Shown: in pieces, positions 9,901 to 18,977 of the stretch
Position numbering within the stretch: position 1 is the stretch's first letter
Layout: each line of letters starts with the position of its first letter
Assembly (NCBI GenBank): GCA_963802145.1
Contig: CAWDHN010000012.1
Coordinates: 438,721 to 502,720, forward strand
From: an uncultured Rikenellaceae bacterium
Lineage (GTDB): Bacteria; Bacteroidota; Bacteroidia; Bacteroidales; VadinHA17
Direction: 5' to 3'
DNA: 64,000 bases
The notes under the pieces: model-generated
Told to the model about the DNA's origin: nothing
Database searches by the model: none
What the model saw: only the letters and a program-made list of their open reading frames with translations
Translations under genes and position numbers: made by a program

Positions 9901-10029
9901 GAGGCATACAGGGGTCTCTTCATCAGGCTCCCGCTGGTTGTCAAGTTCCTGGTTGCTATAGGTGTGGTGCTTCTGCTCCACAAGGTGGGGACGGATGTCG
10001 TGCAGCCGTTTATCTACTTCAGGTTCTGA
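6976..10029 (+). CDS. fused SGNH/GDSL esterase-like domain + MBOAT O-acyltransferase (PatB/AlgJ + PatA/AlgI-like)
   Basis: GDS, GSAG, GLN and DLTH SGNH blocks; MBOAT motifs LPVGISFFTFQ, FFPQLVAGPI, DFSGYTD, FWKRWHISLS, GGLWHG; C-terminal FIYFRF. Confidence 0.9.
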   Translation: MNMRPGRILLFLLAVVLTLFVLSLAITYQRSGRGTLFHESSDDTLAHDTVTHDELFSDTTVNETPVADTAAHESPPAVSDPDLPAVTVAAPYYPGDALRDSLAKGRQVRILYYGDSQVEGDRVTSLLRRQLREEGGGTGPGLISPVMPVMYTRSWVVRSSSNWKRYTLLDYRKGSIAHNRMGPMLAISRFTPPGDSLETRSFASVKINPVPGADASVSEYDKLRIFYGNNYDTILVGIRSGSKLVDFAMLQMGEGPLEYTVPLPSISDITVEFTGRNSPDIYGLSLESDEGVIIDNVPVRGSAGLEFVMTDIRGIEGCLEKLKPDIIFLQFGLNVVRNVRSEYHYYEEGLVKQIEYLKQASGGVPVVLVSVTDMALRVSDTIRYFPNIRAIRDAQMKAAARSGAIFWDAWESMGGRGSILKWFQKVPPLASRDLTHLSNDGADTLAARIYADLLIARASAAVTPDQAAATADTIFDGAATAESAAADSTAASLQNIATDDDESVAMSGPEDEGGGWLLYLLKYHPLQTFIFTTTGFWIFFLVVMAGFALMHKKRAMCHTWLLLVSLYFYYRVGGLFIILLLLTTLLTYMTALMTGRSERKSGKRFWLVTNIVLLLGFLSYFKYAGFITESVNSLFDTAFVAHDIFSAWSNSLFGTSFNVNTIVLPVGISFFTFQALSYSIDVYRGRMAPERNFVDFAFYLTFFPQLVAGPIVRASEFIPQMRGEYTISRNEFGYGLFLILQGLVKKMLISDFISAGFIDRVFETPAIFSGFENLMAVYGYGLQIYCDFSGYTDIAIGVAMLMGFRLPLNFNSPYKAANIADFWKRWHISLSRWLKDYLYIPLGGNRKGPVRTGINLMITMLLGGLWHGAAIRFVIWGGLHGAALVADRIWQWLFRGVRRKTRAARIAGIILTFNFVSFAWIFFRAGTMEEAGMMLTQIFTSFTPGDYGMVIMAYLPVIVLIVSGYILHFLPVTTKEAYRGLFIRLPLVVKFLVAIGVVLLLHKVGTDVVQPFIYFRF

Positions 10030-10104
10030 TCAGCCGGAACATCCCCCGGCATCATCTCCTTTTTAGATTCTGAGCAGCCGGAGCAGATCCGGCGTCATCT
10101 CCTT
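10018..10104. repeat. imperfect direct duplication (44 + 43 bp) of a convergent gene junction
   Basis: TTCAGGTTCTGATCAGCCGGAACATCCCCCGGCATCATCTCCTT followed by TTTAGATTCTGAGCAGCCGGAGCAGATCCGGCGTCATCTCCTT. Confidence 0.8.
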
Positions 10105-12461
10105 GACTCGATCATTATCTCAGCCTCAGCCTTCTCACCCGAGAGTGCCCTGATCATTATTTTCCCGGGGTTGGGGCCGGCCCTTAGCAGTATTGAAGCC
10201 ACTCCGGCTTCAGCTCTCGCGGGGTTATGACCTATCAGCTCTCCGTTTCCCCTTACCGAGAATTCTACCAGTGAGTCGGCATTATGTACCGCATTGCCCA
10301 GGGAGTCAACAATGGTGGCATAGATAAAAATGACATCCGATCCGCCGGCCTTCAGCGTCTTGTTGCTGAAGTCGGCAAAGAGCCGAAGTGCTGCCGGCGG
10401 CCCGGCAGTAGTGACACTGTGCGTGATAACCTCAGCTCCTTTTCTTAGTCCGACTGCCCTCAGGGTGCCGGGCGCATAACCCGGCAGGGTAAAGGTAAAG
10501 GGAGGATGTTTCAGGTTCACCGATGTGGGGTCACTGTCGGGACCCTGTATGGCAATCAGAGTGTCATTACGGAAAAGCTGCACGCTGTCGGCGTTGCTGA
10601 ATACCCTCACCGTGTTGCCTGACGACGGGAGGTTATGATGGGCTATGAAACAAACCGGGCCCACTTCTGTCTGGCTCCGGTAGAACCACCAGGCGAACTT
10701 CGGGATCCTGAAGATATCCATAATGCCCGAGGCTTCTATATCGGGGGCGTTACCCCTGTTGTAGTCGAACATGAGCCAGCTGGCGTCGCCGAAAGCAGGA
10801 CCGTGGAGGTTGTCGTTATGGGCTTCCTGGAAGTTATATGCCTGCTGCAGCATCTGACGGTCTCCTGCACCGCGCATTTGCCTTGAGCTCCTCTCCCCGG
10901 GAGCCAGGTCATTGAACTCCGTCTGGTTGAATCCCGCATTATTTGCATAGTACTCCCAGTCACCGTACTCGGAGATAAAGAGAGGTTTGCTCTTGCTGTA
11001 GCCCTTCCAGTAACCGGGAGCTGTGGCGTGCTGCCTTGCAGGAATAAAGACATCACAAATGGTATCCATCCAGCTGCAGGTATAGTTGTTGCCATAAGGG
11101 AGCTCCTCCTTGACAGTCTCATGGAGGCTGGTGAGGAAGCTGTATGGCATGAGGGTCTCGTCAAGCGACGCTTCCCACATTATTACCGAGGGATGATTGC
11201 GGTCACGGCGGCACATCTGGCGTGTGTTGCGTACCGAGGCCTCCCTGAAGAGCGAATCACCGATGAACTGCCATCCGGGGATGGCATTGATGACCATCAG
11301 TCCGATCTCGTCACAGGCATCGAGAAATGCCGGGGAAGGCGGGTAGTGTGAACAACGGACGAGGTTGAAACCCGCCTCCCTGATCTTGACTGCATCACGG
11401 TAGCTGGCTTCGTCGGAGAGAGCATATCCTATGTACGGATATTCCTGGTGCCTGTTAGTACCAGTAATTGTCACAGGATCTCCGTTCAATACCAGCCCCC
11501 TGTCAGGTGTTATTCTCACCGATCTTATGCCGGTGCGTGTCTCCCTCTTGTCAATGACGCCTTTGTCTGACAGCAGCTCGGTCTGCAATGTATAGAGGAA
11601 CGGCTTGTCAGGCGACCAGAGTGCAGGTTGCATGACGATTATCTTCGTCATCAGGCGCTTGCTCTGCCCCGGTTCCAGCTCCACGAGCTCGGAACGCGAT
11701 GAGGCGACGTCAAGGCCGGCTGCATCAAGCAGTGTATTCTTCATGTGGAATGAACGCGGAATGTGGTCATCATTGCTCACATGAACCGAAACGGTGAGGG
11801 TGGCAGCATCGCGGCTCAGATCACGCACTCCGGTGATTATTCCCCCTCCGAACAGGGCATGAGATTCTACCGGGGAGGTGATGTGAAGCTTGTCAGTCAC
11901 ATAGAGACTCACGTTACGGTAGAGGCCGCTGTAATACAGAAAATCGAGCTCCGCAAGCGGTTTGCCCGGAGGGATGGAAGGATTCTCCCTGTTGTCGAGC
12001 CTGACAAGAATCTCGTTCTCCCTGCCGTAATTAAGGTCATTAGTCAGGCTGACATAGAACGGCAGATAACCCCCGGTGTGCCGGTCGATCTCGACGCCGT
12101 TCAGATAGATGATGGCGTCATTCATTGCACCGTCAAATAACAGACCGGTGTTCCGGTTACGATGCCTCCTGTCTGCCCTGTAAAGCTTCCTGTACCAGCA
12201 GATACCTGTCCACTGGCTGCCTGATACGACAAGGGGCTCAATAAAAGCCGAATGGGGAAGAGTGACCTCCTCCCATTTGTTATTCGGGATGTTACCCGGG
12301 AGGATCTGGTCAGATATGGCGGAGTCCTGCCTGATAAACATCCATCCGTCATTGAATGAGACAGGTATCCCCTCCCTGTCACTCCTGTCACAGCCCGGGG
12401 ATAGGGCAAGTACAAACAACAGTGACAGGGCCGGTATTATTATTCCGTTCCTCTTTCTCAT
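10095..12461 (-). CDS. glycoside hydrolase family 2 (beta-galactosidase-like), lipoprotein
   Basis: GTNRHQ, RCSHYP, RDRNHPS, FISEYG nucleophile; start ATG 12461 overlaps upstream stop (ATGA); lipobox SPGC. Confidence 0.9.
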   Translation of the reverse strand: MRKRNGIIIPALSLLFVLALSPGCDRSDREGIPVSFNDGWMFIRQDSAISDQILPGNIPNNKWEEVTLPHSAFIEPLVVSGSQWTGICWYRKLYRADRRHRNRNTGLLFDGAMNDAIIYLNGVEIDRHTGGYLPFYVSLTNDLNYGRENEILVRLDNRENPSIPPGKPLAELDFLYYSGLYRNVSLYVTDKLHITSPVESHALFGGGIITGVRDLSRDAATLTVSVHVSNDDHIPRSFHMKNTLLDAAGLDVASSRSELVELEPGQSKRLMTKIIVMQPALWSPDKPFLYTLQTELLSDKGVIDKRETRTGIRSVRITPDRGLVLNGDPVTITGTNRHQEYPYIGYALSDEASYRDAVKIREAGFNLVRCSHYPPSPAFLDACDEIGLMVINAIPGWQFIGDSLFREASVRNTRQMCRRDRNHPSVIMWEASLDETLMPYSFLTSLHETVKEELPYGNNYTCSWMDTICDVFIPARQHATAPGYWKGYSKSKPLFISEYGDWEYYANNAGFNQTEFNDLAPGERSSRQMRGAGDRQMLQQAYNFQEAHNDNLHGPAFGDASWLMFDYNRGNAPDIEASGIMDIFRIPKFAWWFYRSQTEVGPVCFIAHHNLPSSGNTVRVFSNADSVQLFRNDTLIAIQGPDSDPTSVNLKHPPFTFTLPGYAPGTLRAVGLRKGAEVITHSVTTAGPPAALRLFADFSNKTLKAGGSDVIFIYATIVDSLGNAVHNADSLVEFSVRGNGELIGHNPARAEAGVASILLRAGPNPGKIMIRALSGEKAEAEIMIESRR

Positions 12462-13636
12462 ATCTCTCCGAATCCTGAGACGGGATGAGCATAAGCCACC
12501 ACATCCCTGCCCGTGATCTCCTCGGGACAGAGGATGATAAGGCGTTCCAGAACATTCCTGAACTCCCTTATGTTGCCGGTCCACTTTATCTTCTGCAACT
12601 CGTTGATGGCATCCGGTTTTATCTTCTTCTTTCCCATGCCGTATTCACCGCAGATGAGGGTGTTGAAGTGGTCGGCCAGGAGAGGGATGTCATCACTTCT
12701 CTCGTTGAGGGTGGGCACATGGATCAGTATGACGCTCAGACGGTGGTAGAGGTCCTCGCGGAAGGTGTTGCGGTCAATCTCATCCCTTATGTTCTTGTTG
12801 GTTGCGGCAATGACCCTGACGTCTACATGAATGTCCTTGTCGGAGCCCACCCGTGTTATCTTGCTCTCCTGCAGCGCCCTCAGCACCTTGGCCTGCGCCG
12901 CCAGGCTCATGTCACCCACCTCGTCGAGGAAGATGGTTCCGCCGGTGGCCTGTTCAAATTTCCCGATGCGCTGTTTGATGGCCGAGGTAAACGATCCCTT
13001 TTCATGCCCGAAGAGCTCACTTTCGATCAGCTCCGAGGGTATGGCGGCGCAGTTGACCTCCACAAAGGGTCCCCTGGAGCGGTTGCTCTTTTCATGTATC
13101 TGGTGGGCGACAAGCTCCTTGCCGGTGCCGTTGGCCCCTGTTATGAGCACACGCGCTTCCGTGGGAGCAACTCTGTCAATCATATCCTTGACAGTCTTAA
13201 TGGCCCTGGAAGAACCTACAATTTCAAATTTCTTGCTTACCTGTTTCTTCAGGACCTTGGTCTGGGAGATGAGCGAACCTCTTTCAAGGGCGTTGCGGAT
13301 GGTGATCAGCAGACGGTTAAGATCAAGCGGCTTCTCCAGGAAATCAAATGCTCCCTTCCTGATGGCGTCAACAGCCGTGTCAATGTTCCCGTGACCTGAG
13401 ATCATTATGACAGGCACATCCGTTGACAGCTCCTGCAGTTTCTGCAGGACTTCAATACCATCCATCTTCGCCATCTTGATGTCACACAGGACAGCATCAT
13501 ATGATCCCTGCGAGAAACGCTCTATGCCTTCAGGTCCCTCCTCTGCGAGATCGACCTCATATTTTTCGTATTCAAGTACATCCTTCAGGGTGTTCCTGAT
13601 TGACCTTTCGTCATCTATGACCAATATCTTCGGCAT
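12458..13636 (-). CDS. NtrC/NtrX-like response regulator (REC + AAA+), no C-terminal HTH
   Basis: VIDDE receiver, GANGTGKE, ESELFGHEKGSFTSA, LDEVGD, FREDLYHRL, WTGNIRE. Confidence 0.9.
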   Translation of the reverse strand: MPKILVIDDERSIRNTLKDVLEYEKYEVDLAEEGPEGIERFSQGSYDAVLCDIKMAKMDGIEVLQKLQELSTDVPVIMISGHGNIDTAVDAIRKGAFDFLEKPLDLNRLLITIRNALERGSLISQTKVLKKQVSKKFEIVGSSRAIKTVKDMIDRVAPTEARVLITGANGTGKELVAHQIHEKSNRSRGPFVEVNCAAIPSELIESELFGHEKGSFTSAIKQRIGKFEQATGGTIFLDEVGDMSLAAQAKVLRALQESKITRVGSDKDIHVDVRVIAATNKNIRDEIDRNTFREDLYHRLSVILIHVPTLNERSDDIPLLADHFNTLICGEYGMGKKKIKPDAINELQKIKWTGNIREFRNVLERLIILCPEEITGRDVVAYAHPVSGFGEI

Positions 13637-13648
13637 GTCAGTTCCTGT

Positions 13649-15004
13649 TTATCCTTTGTATGTCAGCCACTTCCATATTTCCTTGTAGGATGACTTCTTC
13701 CCGTACATCAGAATGCCGGTGCGGTATATCTTTGCTGCCATCCATACGCTTCCGATAATTGTCACTATCATCAGGGCCATCGAAAGCGCTATCTCCCAGG
13801 CCGGGACGTCAAATGGAATACGGGCCACCATCACGATAGGTGAGGTGAGAGGAATTATTGAGAACCAGAATGAGAGAGAGCTCTCGGGGTTCTGCATTGT
13901 TCCCATGGCCACTATCAGTCCGAGTATTATAGGTATGGTTACCGGCAGCATGAACTGCTGTGTCTCCGTCTCGTTGTCGACCGCCGATCCTATCGCTGCA
14001 AAGAGCGAGGCGTAGAGCAGGTACCCGGTGATGAAATAGAAGACGAAACAGAAAATGATCAGTCCCCACGGCTGGTTCATGGCGTTGGCAAACATCGACT
14101 GGAACTCGGTTATCTGTTCTGCCGAAATGGTTGCTGCTTCCGTCCCTTCCAGTGCCGGGTTGCTCCCGGCCATGCTCTGCGGCAACTGCTGTATCTGTTC
14201 CATGGTGGCGTCAGGAAGCACGGTTGTCTTAACCACCGTGACTATGGCCAGGGTGAGAAATATCCAGAGTCCGAACTGGGTGAGCCCGACGAGCGCAACG
14301 CCAATGATTTTTCCAAGCATGAGCTGAACGGGCTTGACCGATGATACTATCACCTCCACAATTCGGTTGGTCTTCTCCTCTATCACGCCGCGCATCACCA
14401 TGGAACCGAACATGAATACCAGCATGTACATCAGGAATCCGCTTATATATGCAAGGGCCATTGATATGCCTGTGCTTGTCTCCCTGGCGCTGCCTGTCTC
14501 ATCAATCTTTATGGTCTGGATCCTGACACTCGTGTTTATTGTTTTGAGGATCTCATCGAGGTTTTCGATGTTGTATGCCAGGAGTTTCTGTTTCTCAATC
14601 TCCTTCTCGAGGGAACCTGAGATATGGTCAAGAAGGCCTATCGGCGGCTGTTGCCTGGATATAAGCTGAATGGCGTTTGGTGTGGTGATTACCTGGGGTG
14701 AAATGTACAGCACGCCGTAATAGCCCAGCTCAGCGAAGTTGTTCTTGATGTCATCTACTTTAACGCCTGTAAGATACTCGAAATCAGTGTCTTTGGTGTC
14801 AGGGATCACGTTGGTGAAGAGGTCGGCTCCGTCCTCGATGACGGCGATCTTCTTGAAATCCTTGTCTTCATTTGACATGACAAGTGCCGGGATAACGAAG
14901 ATCATTGCAAACAGGAACGGTGTCAGCAGGGTCATTACGATGAATGACTTCTTGCGAACCCTGGTTATGTACTCCCTGCGGATTATTAATGATATTTTGT
15001 TCAT
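13649..15004 (-). CDS. ABC-2 type permease (NatB/YhaP-like)
   Basis: REYITRVR start, EEKTNRIVE, GKIIG; multiple TM segments. Confidence 0.88.
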   Translation of the reverse strand: MNKISLIIRREYITRVRKKSFIVMTLLTPFLFAMIFVIPALVMSNEDKDFKKIAVIEDGADLFTNVIPDTKDTDFEYLTGVKVDDIKNNFAELGYYGVLYISPQVITTPNAIQLISRQQPPIGLLDHISGSLEKEIEKQKLLAYNIENLDEILKTINTSVRIQTIKIDETGSARETSTGISMALAYISGFLMYMLVFMFGSMVMRGVIEEKTNRIVEVIVSSVKPVQLMLGKIIGVALVGLTQFGLWIFLTLAIVTVVKTTVLPDATMEQIQQLPQSMAGSNPALEGTEAATISAEQITEFQSMFANAMNQPWGLIIFCFVFYFITGYLLYASLFAAIGSAVDNETETQQFMLPVTIPIILGLIVAMGTMQNPESSLSFWFSIIPLTSPIVMVARIPFDVPAWEIALSMALMIVTIIGSVWMAAKIYRTGILMYGKKSSYKEIWKWLTYKG

Positions 15005-15007
15005 GGC

Positions 15008-15934
15008 TCAGTTTTTTGCAGCTTCCTTGTTCTTTTTTTCCACAACCCTGATGAATATCTCATTCATTGACGGGAGTGACGGATTAAATGATACAACCTT
15101 GCCTGCGGTGGTCATGGCCCCTATTATTCCGTTTGTATCTGCTGATTCCGCAGCCTTGATGCGCACTGCGGTCTTCCCTTCCCCGAAGGTTGTACTCACG
15201 ACGGAGAATTGACCGTTGCCTGACGGTGTTACCTCTCCGGCAAAAACAATGTCGTATTCATTTGCTGCCCATTCGCTGCGTATCTTTTCAACGCTCCCCT
15301 CAAGTATTGTATTAGCCTTGTTGATCAGGGTGATATTGTCACACAGCTCCTCCACAGAGCTCATGTTATGGGTTGAGAAGATGATTGTTGCCCCACGGTC
15401 CCTCAGGAAGAGTATCTCATCCTTTATCTGTTTGACGTTTATCGGGTCAAAACCTGTGAAGGGTTCATCGAAGATGAGCAGCTGCGGCTCATGCAGCACT
15501 GTTGTCACGAACTGCACCTTCTGCTGCATCCCTTTTGACAGCTCCTCCACCTTCTTGTCCCACCAGCCGGTTATCTCCAGTTTTTTGAACCAGTATTTGA
15601 GGCGGCGCATGGCTTCTGCATGGCTGAGCCCCTTTAGCTGGGCCAGGTAAAGGGCCTGTTCGCCCACCTTCATCTTCTTGTAGAGGCCCCGCTCTTCAGG
15701 CAGGTATCCGATGTTATGCACATCGGCAGGCTTGAGCGGGCGGCCGTTGATAAACAGTGAGCCGCTGTCAGGAGCAGTTATCTGGTTGATTATCCTGATC
15801 AGAGTCGTCTTGCCGGCGCCGTTCGGGCCGAGAAGTCCATAGATGCTCTTCTCAGGGACGCTTATGCTGACACCGTCAAGTGCTGTCTGTGTCGCAAAGC
15901 GTTTTGTCACGTTTTGTGCTTCAAATAATATCAT
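15008..15934 (-). CDS. ABC transporter ATP-binding protein (NatA/YhaQ-like)
   Basis: GPNGAGKT, LSKGM, DEPFTG, STH; TATCTTTG promoter element on minus strand at 15971-15978. Confidence 0.92.
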   Translation of the reverse strand: MILFEAQNVTKRFATQTALDGVSISVPEKSIYGLLGPNGAGKTTLIRIINQITAPDSGSLFINGRPLKPADVHNIGYLPEERGLYKKMKVGEQALYLAQLKGLSHAEAMRRLKYWFKKLEITGWWDKKVEELSKGMQQKVQFVTTVLHEPQLLIFDEPFTGFDPINVKQIKDEILFLRDRGATIIFSTHNMSSVEELCDNITLINKANTILEGSVEKIRSEWAANEYDIVFAGEVTPSGNGQFSVVSTTFGEGKTAVRIKAAESADTNGIIGAMTTAGKVVSFNPSLPSMNEIFIRVVEKKNKEAAKN

Positions 15935-15979
15935 TTTCTTTCCACGATTTAGTCTCTAGTCCGGGAAATTCAAAGATAT

Positions 15980-16019
15980 AAAAAAAAGGCTGATACGTAC
16001 CTCCGGTCACGCATCAACC
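15980..16019 (-). terminator. intrinsic terminator after dnaJ
   Basis: Minus strand GGTTGATGCGT...ACGTATCAGCC stem (G-U pairs) followed by a T run. Confidence 0.75.
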
Positions 16020-16041
16020 CTTATATTCAGTGTTTACGTCG

Positions 16042-17190
16042 CTATGAAAAGTAGTTCTTGACCCTGTCGAAGAACCCCTTGTCATCGGCATCGGGTCTGG
16101 GCGTGAAAGTCGCCGAGCTGCGGTACTGTTCAATGGTTTTCTGTTCTTCCCTGCTAAGGTTCTTAGGGATCCAGACGTTCACATTAACGAGCAGGTCTCC
16201 CTTGCCGTAGCCGTTCACGTCAGGCAGGCCCTTGCCTCTGAGGCGCAGGATCTTGCCTCCCTGTGTTCCGGGGTCTATCTTGATTCTCACCTTGCCGTCT
16301 ATGGTGGGCACCTCCACGCTGGAGCCCAGGATGGCATCGGGTATGCTGATGAAAAGATTAAAGATGAGGTCATTGCCCTCGCGTACCAGCTGGTCATGCG
16401 GCTCCTCGTCAATGACCACTATCAGGTCTCCGTTGACGCCGCCACGGCGTGCGGCGTTGCCCTTGCCCGTAACCGACAGTTGCATGCCGGGAGCGAGTCC
16501 TGCAGGTATTGAGAGAGGTATCACCTCCTCCGCCTGGGTTATGCCCTCGCCGTAGCACTTGTGGCATTTTTTCGTTATCACCTTGCCCTCGCCGCCGCAG
16601 ACATTGCAGGCGGCTGTTGTCTGCATCTGTCCGAGGATGGTGTTCATCACCCTGGTGGTATGGCCGGTACCCTTGCATGCGGTGCATGTTGTCACATCGT
16701 TGTCGGTGGCTGCACCGGAGCCGTGACAGGTGTTGCAGGTGACATACTTGCTTACCTTGACTTTCTTCTCCGCACCGTGGGCAAACTCTTCGAGGGTGAG
16801 CCTGACCTTCATCCTCAGGTTCGTCCCCCGGTTGACGTTTCGTGAGCGCCCTCCGCCCCTGCGAGAACCGAAGGCTCCGCCGAAGGCATCGCCAAAGATA
16901 TCGCCGAATGAGGAGAAGATGTCTTCCATGGTCATTCCGCCACCGAAGCCGCCACCCATGTTGTTGCCCATGCCGGCATGCCCGAACTGGTCATACCGGG
17001 CCTTCTTGTCATCATTGCTGAGAACCTCGTAAGCCTCGGCTGCCTCCTTGAATTTCTCCTCGGCATCCTTGTCGCCCGGGTTCTTGTCAGGATGATACTT
17101 GAGTGCCTGCTTGCGGTAGGACTTCTTTATCTCATCCTTCGAGGCTCCCTTGCTGATGCCCAGTACTTCGTAATAGTCTCTTTTCGACAT
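16042..17190 (-). CDS. dnaJ: chaperone DnaJ
   Basis: HPD J-domain, G/F region, four CxxCxGxG zinc-finger repeats. Confidence 0.97.
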   Translation of the reverse strand: MSKRDYYEVLGISKGASKDEIKKSYRKQALKYHPDKNPGDKDAEEKFKEAAEAYEVLSNDDKKARYDQFGHAGMGNNMGGGFGGGMTMEDIFSSFGDIFGDAFGGAFGSRRGGGRSRNVNRGTNLRMKVRLTLEEFAHGAEKKVKVSKYVTCNTCHGSGAATDNDVTTCTACKGTGHTTRVMNTILGQMQTTAACNVCGGEGKVITKKCHKCYGEGITQAEEVIPLSIPAGLAPGMQLSVTGKGNAARRGGVNGDLIVVIDEEPHDQLVREGNDLIFNLFISIPDAILGSSVEVPTIDGKVRIKIDPGTQGGKILRLRGKGLPDVNGYGKGDLLVNVNVWIPKNLSREEQKTIEQYRSSATFTPRPDADDKGFFDRVKNYFS

Positions 17191-17212
17191 GTTTGAGTGC
17201 AGAACTATACTG

Positions 17213-17803
17213 TTATTCGCCCACTACCACCTTTGGGAAGCGGATCACTTTCTCATTCAGGGTATATCCCTTCTGTGTCACCTCGATAATCTTTCCTTTC
17301 AGGGCTTCATCCTCAACAGCGAAACTGGTCACGGCTTCATGGAGGTCACTGTTGAAGGGTTCATTAACGGCTTCTATCTCTTTCACTCCGTTCTGCCTCA
17401 GGAAATCATTTATTTTGACATAGATAAGCTCCAGACCCGCTTTCACCGCATTGCAGTCTTCGGTGGCACGCATCGAGATCATGGCCCTGTCAAAGTCGTC
17501 TATTATCGGGAGCAGTTTTTTGATCACCGATTCGCCGCCCGACTGCGAAAGTTCTATCTTTTCACGGAGTGTCCTCTTCCTGTAATTGTCAAACTCGGCT
17601 GAAAGACGGAGATACCTGTCCTGCATTTCTGTCAGTTTTCCCATCATTTCCTCCCCGGCCTGGCTCTTCACTGCAGACTCAGCGTCACCGGGCGGTGTTG
17701 TCTGGCCTGACGTTCCCGTCTCTGCAGTGGTCTGATTTTCATCTGTTTCATTCATGGGCATGGATTCATCATGCCTCTCTTCGTGACTTCTCTTTTTCAC
17801 CAT
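17213..17803 (-). CDS. grpE: nucleotide exchange factor GrpE
   Basis: [19 protein letters not shown]...VIR..KV. Confidence 0.95.
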   Translation of the reverse strand: MVKKRSHEERHDESMPMNETDENQTTAETGTSGQTTPPGDAESAVKSQAGEEMMGKLTEMQDRYLRLSAEFDNYRKRTLREKIELSQSGGESVIKKLLPIIDDFDRAMISMRATEDCNAVKAGLELIYVKINDFLRQNGVKEIEAVNEPFNSDLHEAVTSFAVEDEALKGKIIEVTQKGYTLNEKVIRFPKVVVGE

Positions 17804-17874
17804 GATAAGAATACTTTAATACTGGCCCATAAGCAAAATGCCGGCCACGATGATAAACATGACAAAGTGGCAAT

Positions 17875-18258
17875 TCAGAGAGTGAAAGCCACTGCCTCGA
17901 TCTCGACCAGGCAACCGCGATGAAGGGCTGCCACGGTGATGATTGATCTCGCCGGTTGTACCGGACCGAAGAAATCGGCATAAACCCTGTTGACCTCTTC
18001 CCAGAACTTTACGTCAGTTGTATAGATGGTTGTCCGTGCAATCGTTGTGATATCTCCGCCGGCAGCCATGACAATGCTGAGCACGTTTTTCAGTGCCTGC
18101 AGCGTCTGGTCGCTGATATCCCCGGCCAGTTTGTCACCGGTCAGAGGAATAACGGGCAGCTGACCGGAGACGAAGATCACATTTCCGGAGACAACAGCCT
18201 GGGAGTAATGGCCTCCCGGAAGAGGGGCGTCATATGTTTTTACAGTGTTGATGCTCAT
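17875..18258 (-). CDS. RidA/YjgF family enamine/imine deaminase
   Basis: GHYSQA, SGQLP, PARS, VEIEA. Confidence 0.9.
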   Translation of the reverse strand: MSINTVKTYDAPLPGGHYSQAVVSGNVIFVSGQLPVIPLTGDKLAGDISDQTLQALKNVLSIVMAAGGDITTIARTTIYTTDVKFWEEVNRVYADFFGPVQPARSIITVAALHRGCLVEIEAVAFTL

Positions 18259-18277
18259 GGCCTCAGGTTTGAAATCG

Positions 18278-18940
18278 TTAATACCCGTTCTTGTGTTTTT
18301 TCTTTCCCTGTTTGTTTGACCGTCCCTGGTATTTGTCCTGGGGTCTTCCCTGGTACCTGCTCTGGGTCTTGCTCTTCGGCTGTGCCAGAAGCTCTTTTAC
18401 GTCGGGCATCTTGAAATTCTCAGGGACCTTCAGCCGGTTGCCTGACATATCCATCAGGTCTCTGATGATCAGGTCGTCAGCCACCTGCGTCTTGTTCCAG
18501 GTGAGATAATCCTTCTTCATCTGATTGAGAATGAGGGATGTCAGATAGTCCTTCTCCTCTCCGTCTTCCATGGCCGAGGCGGCTTCAATCAGGGCAGGAA
18601 CTATCTGTCCGTAATGGGCATATTTGATGTTGCCGTTATGGTATGGCACCTTGTTGGGTTTGGCATCGAGCTTGGCGCGGTCAGGTGCCGGATAGGGAGA
18701 GTCAACATCGAGATCGAAATCGGCGATGATCATAAGATGATCCCAGAGCTTGTGCCTGAAGTCGGTCACCTCCCTCAGGTTCGGATTGAGGTTGCCCATG
18801 ATCTGAATTATGGTTTTGGCAGCCCGGCTCCTCTCTTCCGGATCTTTTATGGTTTTGATATGTTCTATCATTTTAAGAACGTTCCTTCCGTATTCCGGCA
18901 GGGACATTCTTTTTCTCTGTGTGTTGTAGTCGAAACTCAT
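18278..18940 (-). CDS. DUF4290-like conserved Bacteroidota protein
   Basis: YNTQR..M.LPEYGRNV, HKLWDHL, LDVDSPY; start moved to ATG 18940. Confidence 0.8.
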   Translation of the reverse strand: MSFDYNTQRKRMSLPEYGRNVLKMIEHIKTIKDPEERSRAAKTIIQIMGNLNPNLREVTDFRHKLWDHLMIIADFDLDVDSPYPAPDRAKLDAKPNKVPYHNGNIKYAHYGQIVPALIEAASAMEDGEEKDYLTSLILNQMKKDYLTWNKTQVADDLIIRDLMDMSGNRLKVPENFKMPDVKELLAQPKSKTQSRYQGRPQDKYQGRSNKQGKKKHKNGY

Positions 18941-18977
18941 CTGGTAAATTTTGGCAAAACTAACAATAAAAATGATC

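Noticed and set aside
9450-10073. 207-aa alternate-frame ORF within the MBOAT gene ending in FRF*
   Set aside because: Its ending comes from the duplicated junction; the rest is an off-frame reading with no coding signature
12485-13399. 304-aa ORF antisense to the NtrC-like gene (similarly 3772-4515, 30916-31707, 33274-33957, 62907-63716)
   Set aside because: Shadow ORFs opposite conserved genes in a GC3-rich genome; no recognisable motifs
16042-17803. grpE-dnaJ without dnaK
   Set aside because: Usual arrangement in Bacteroidota
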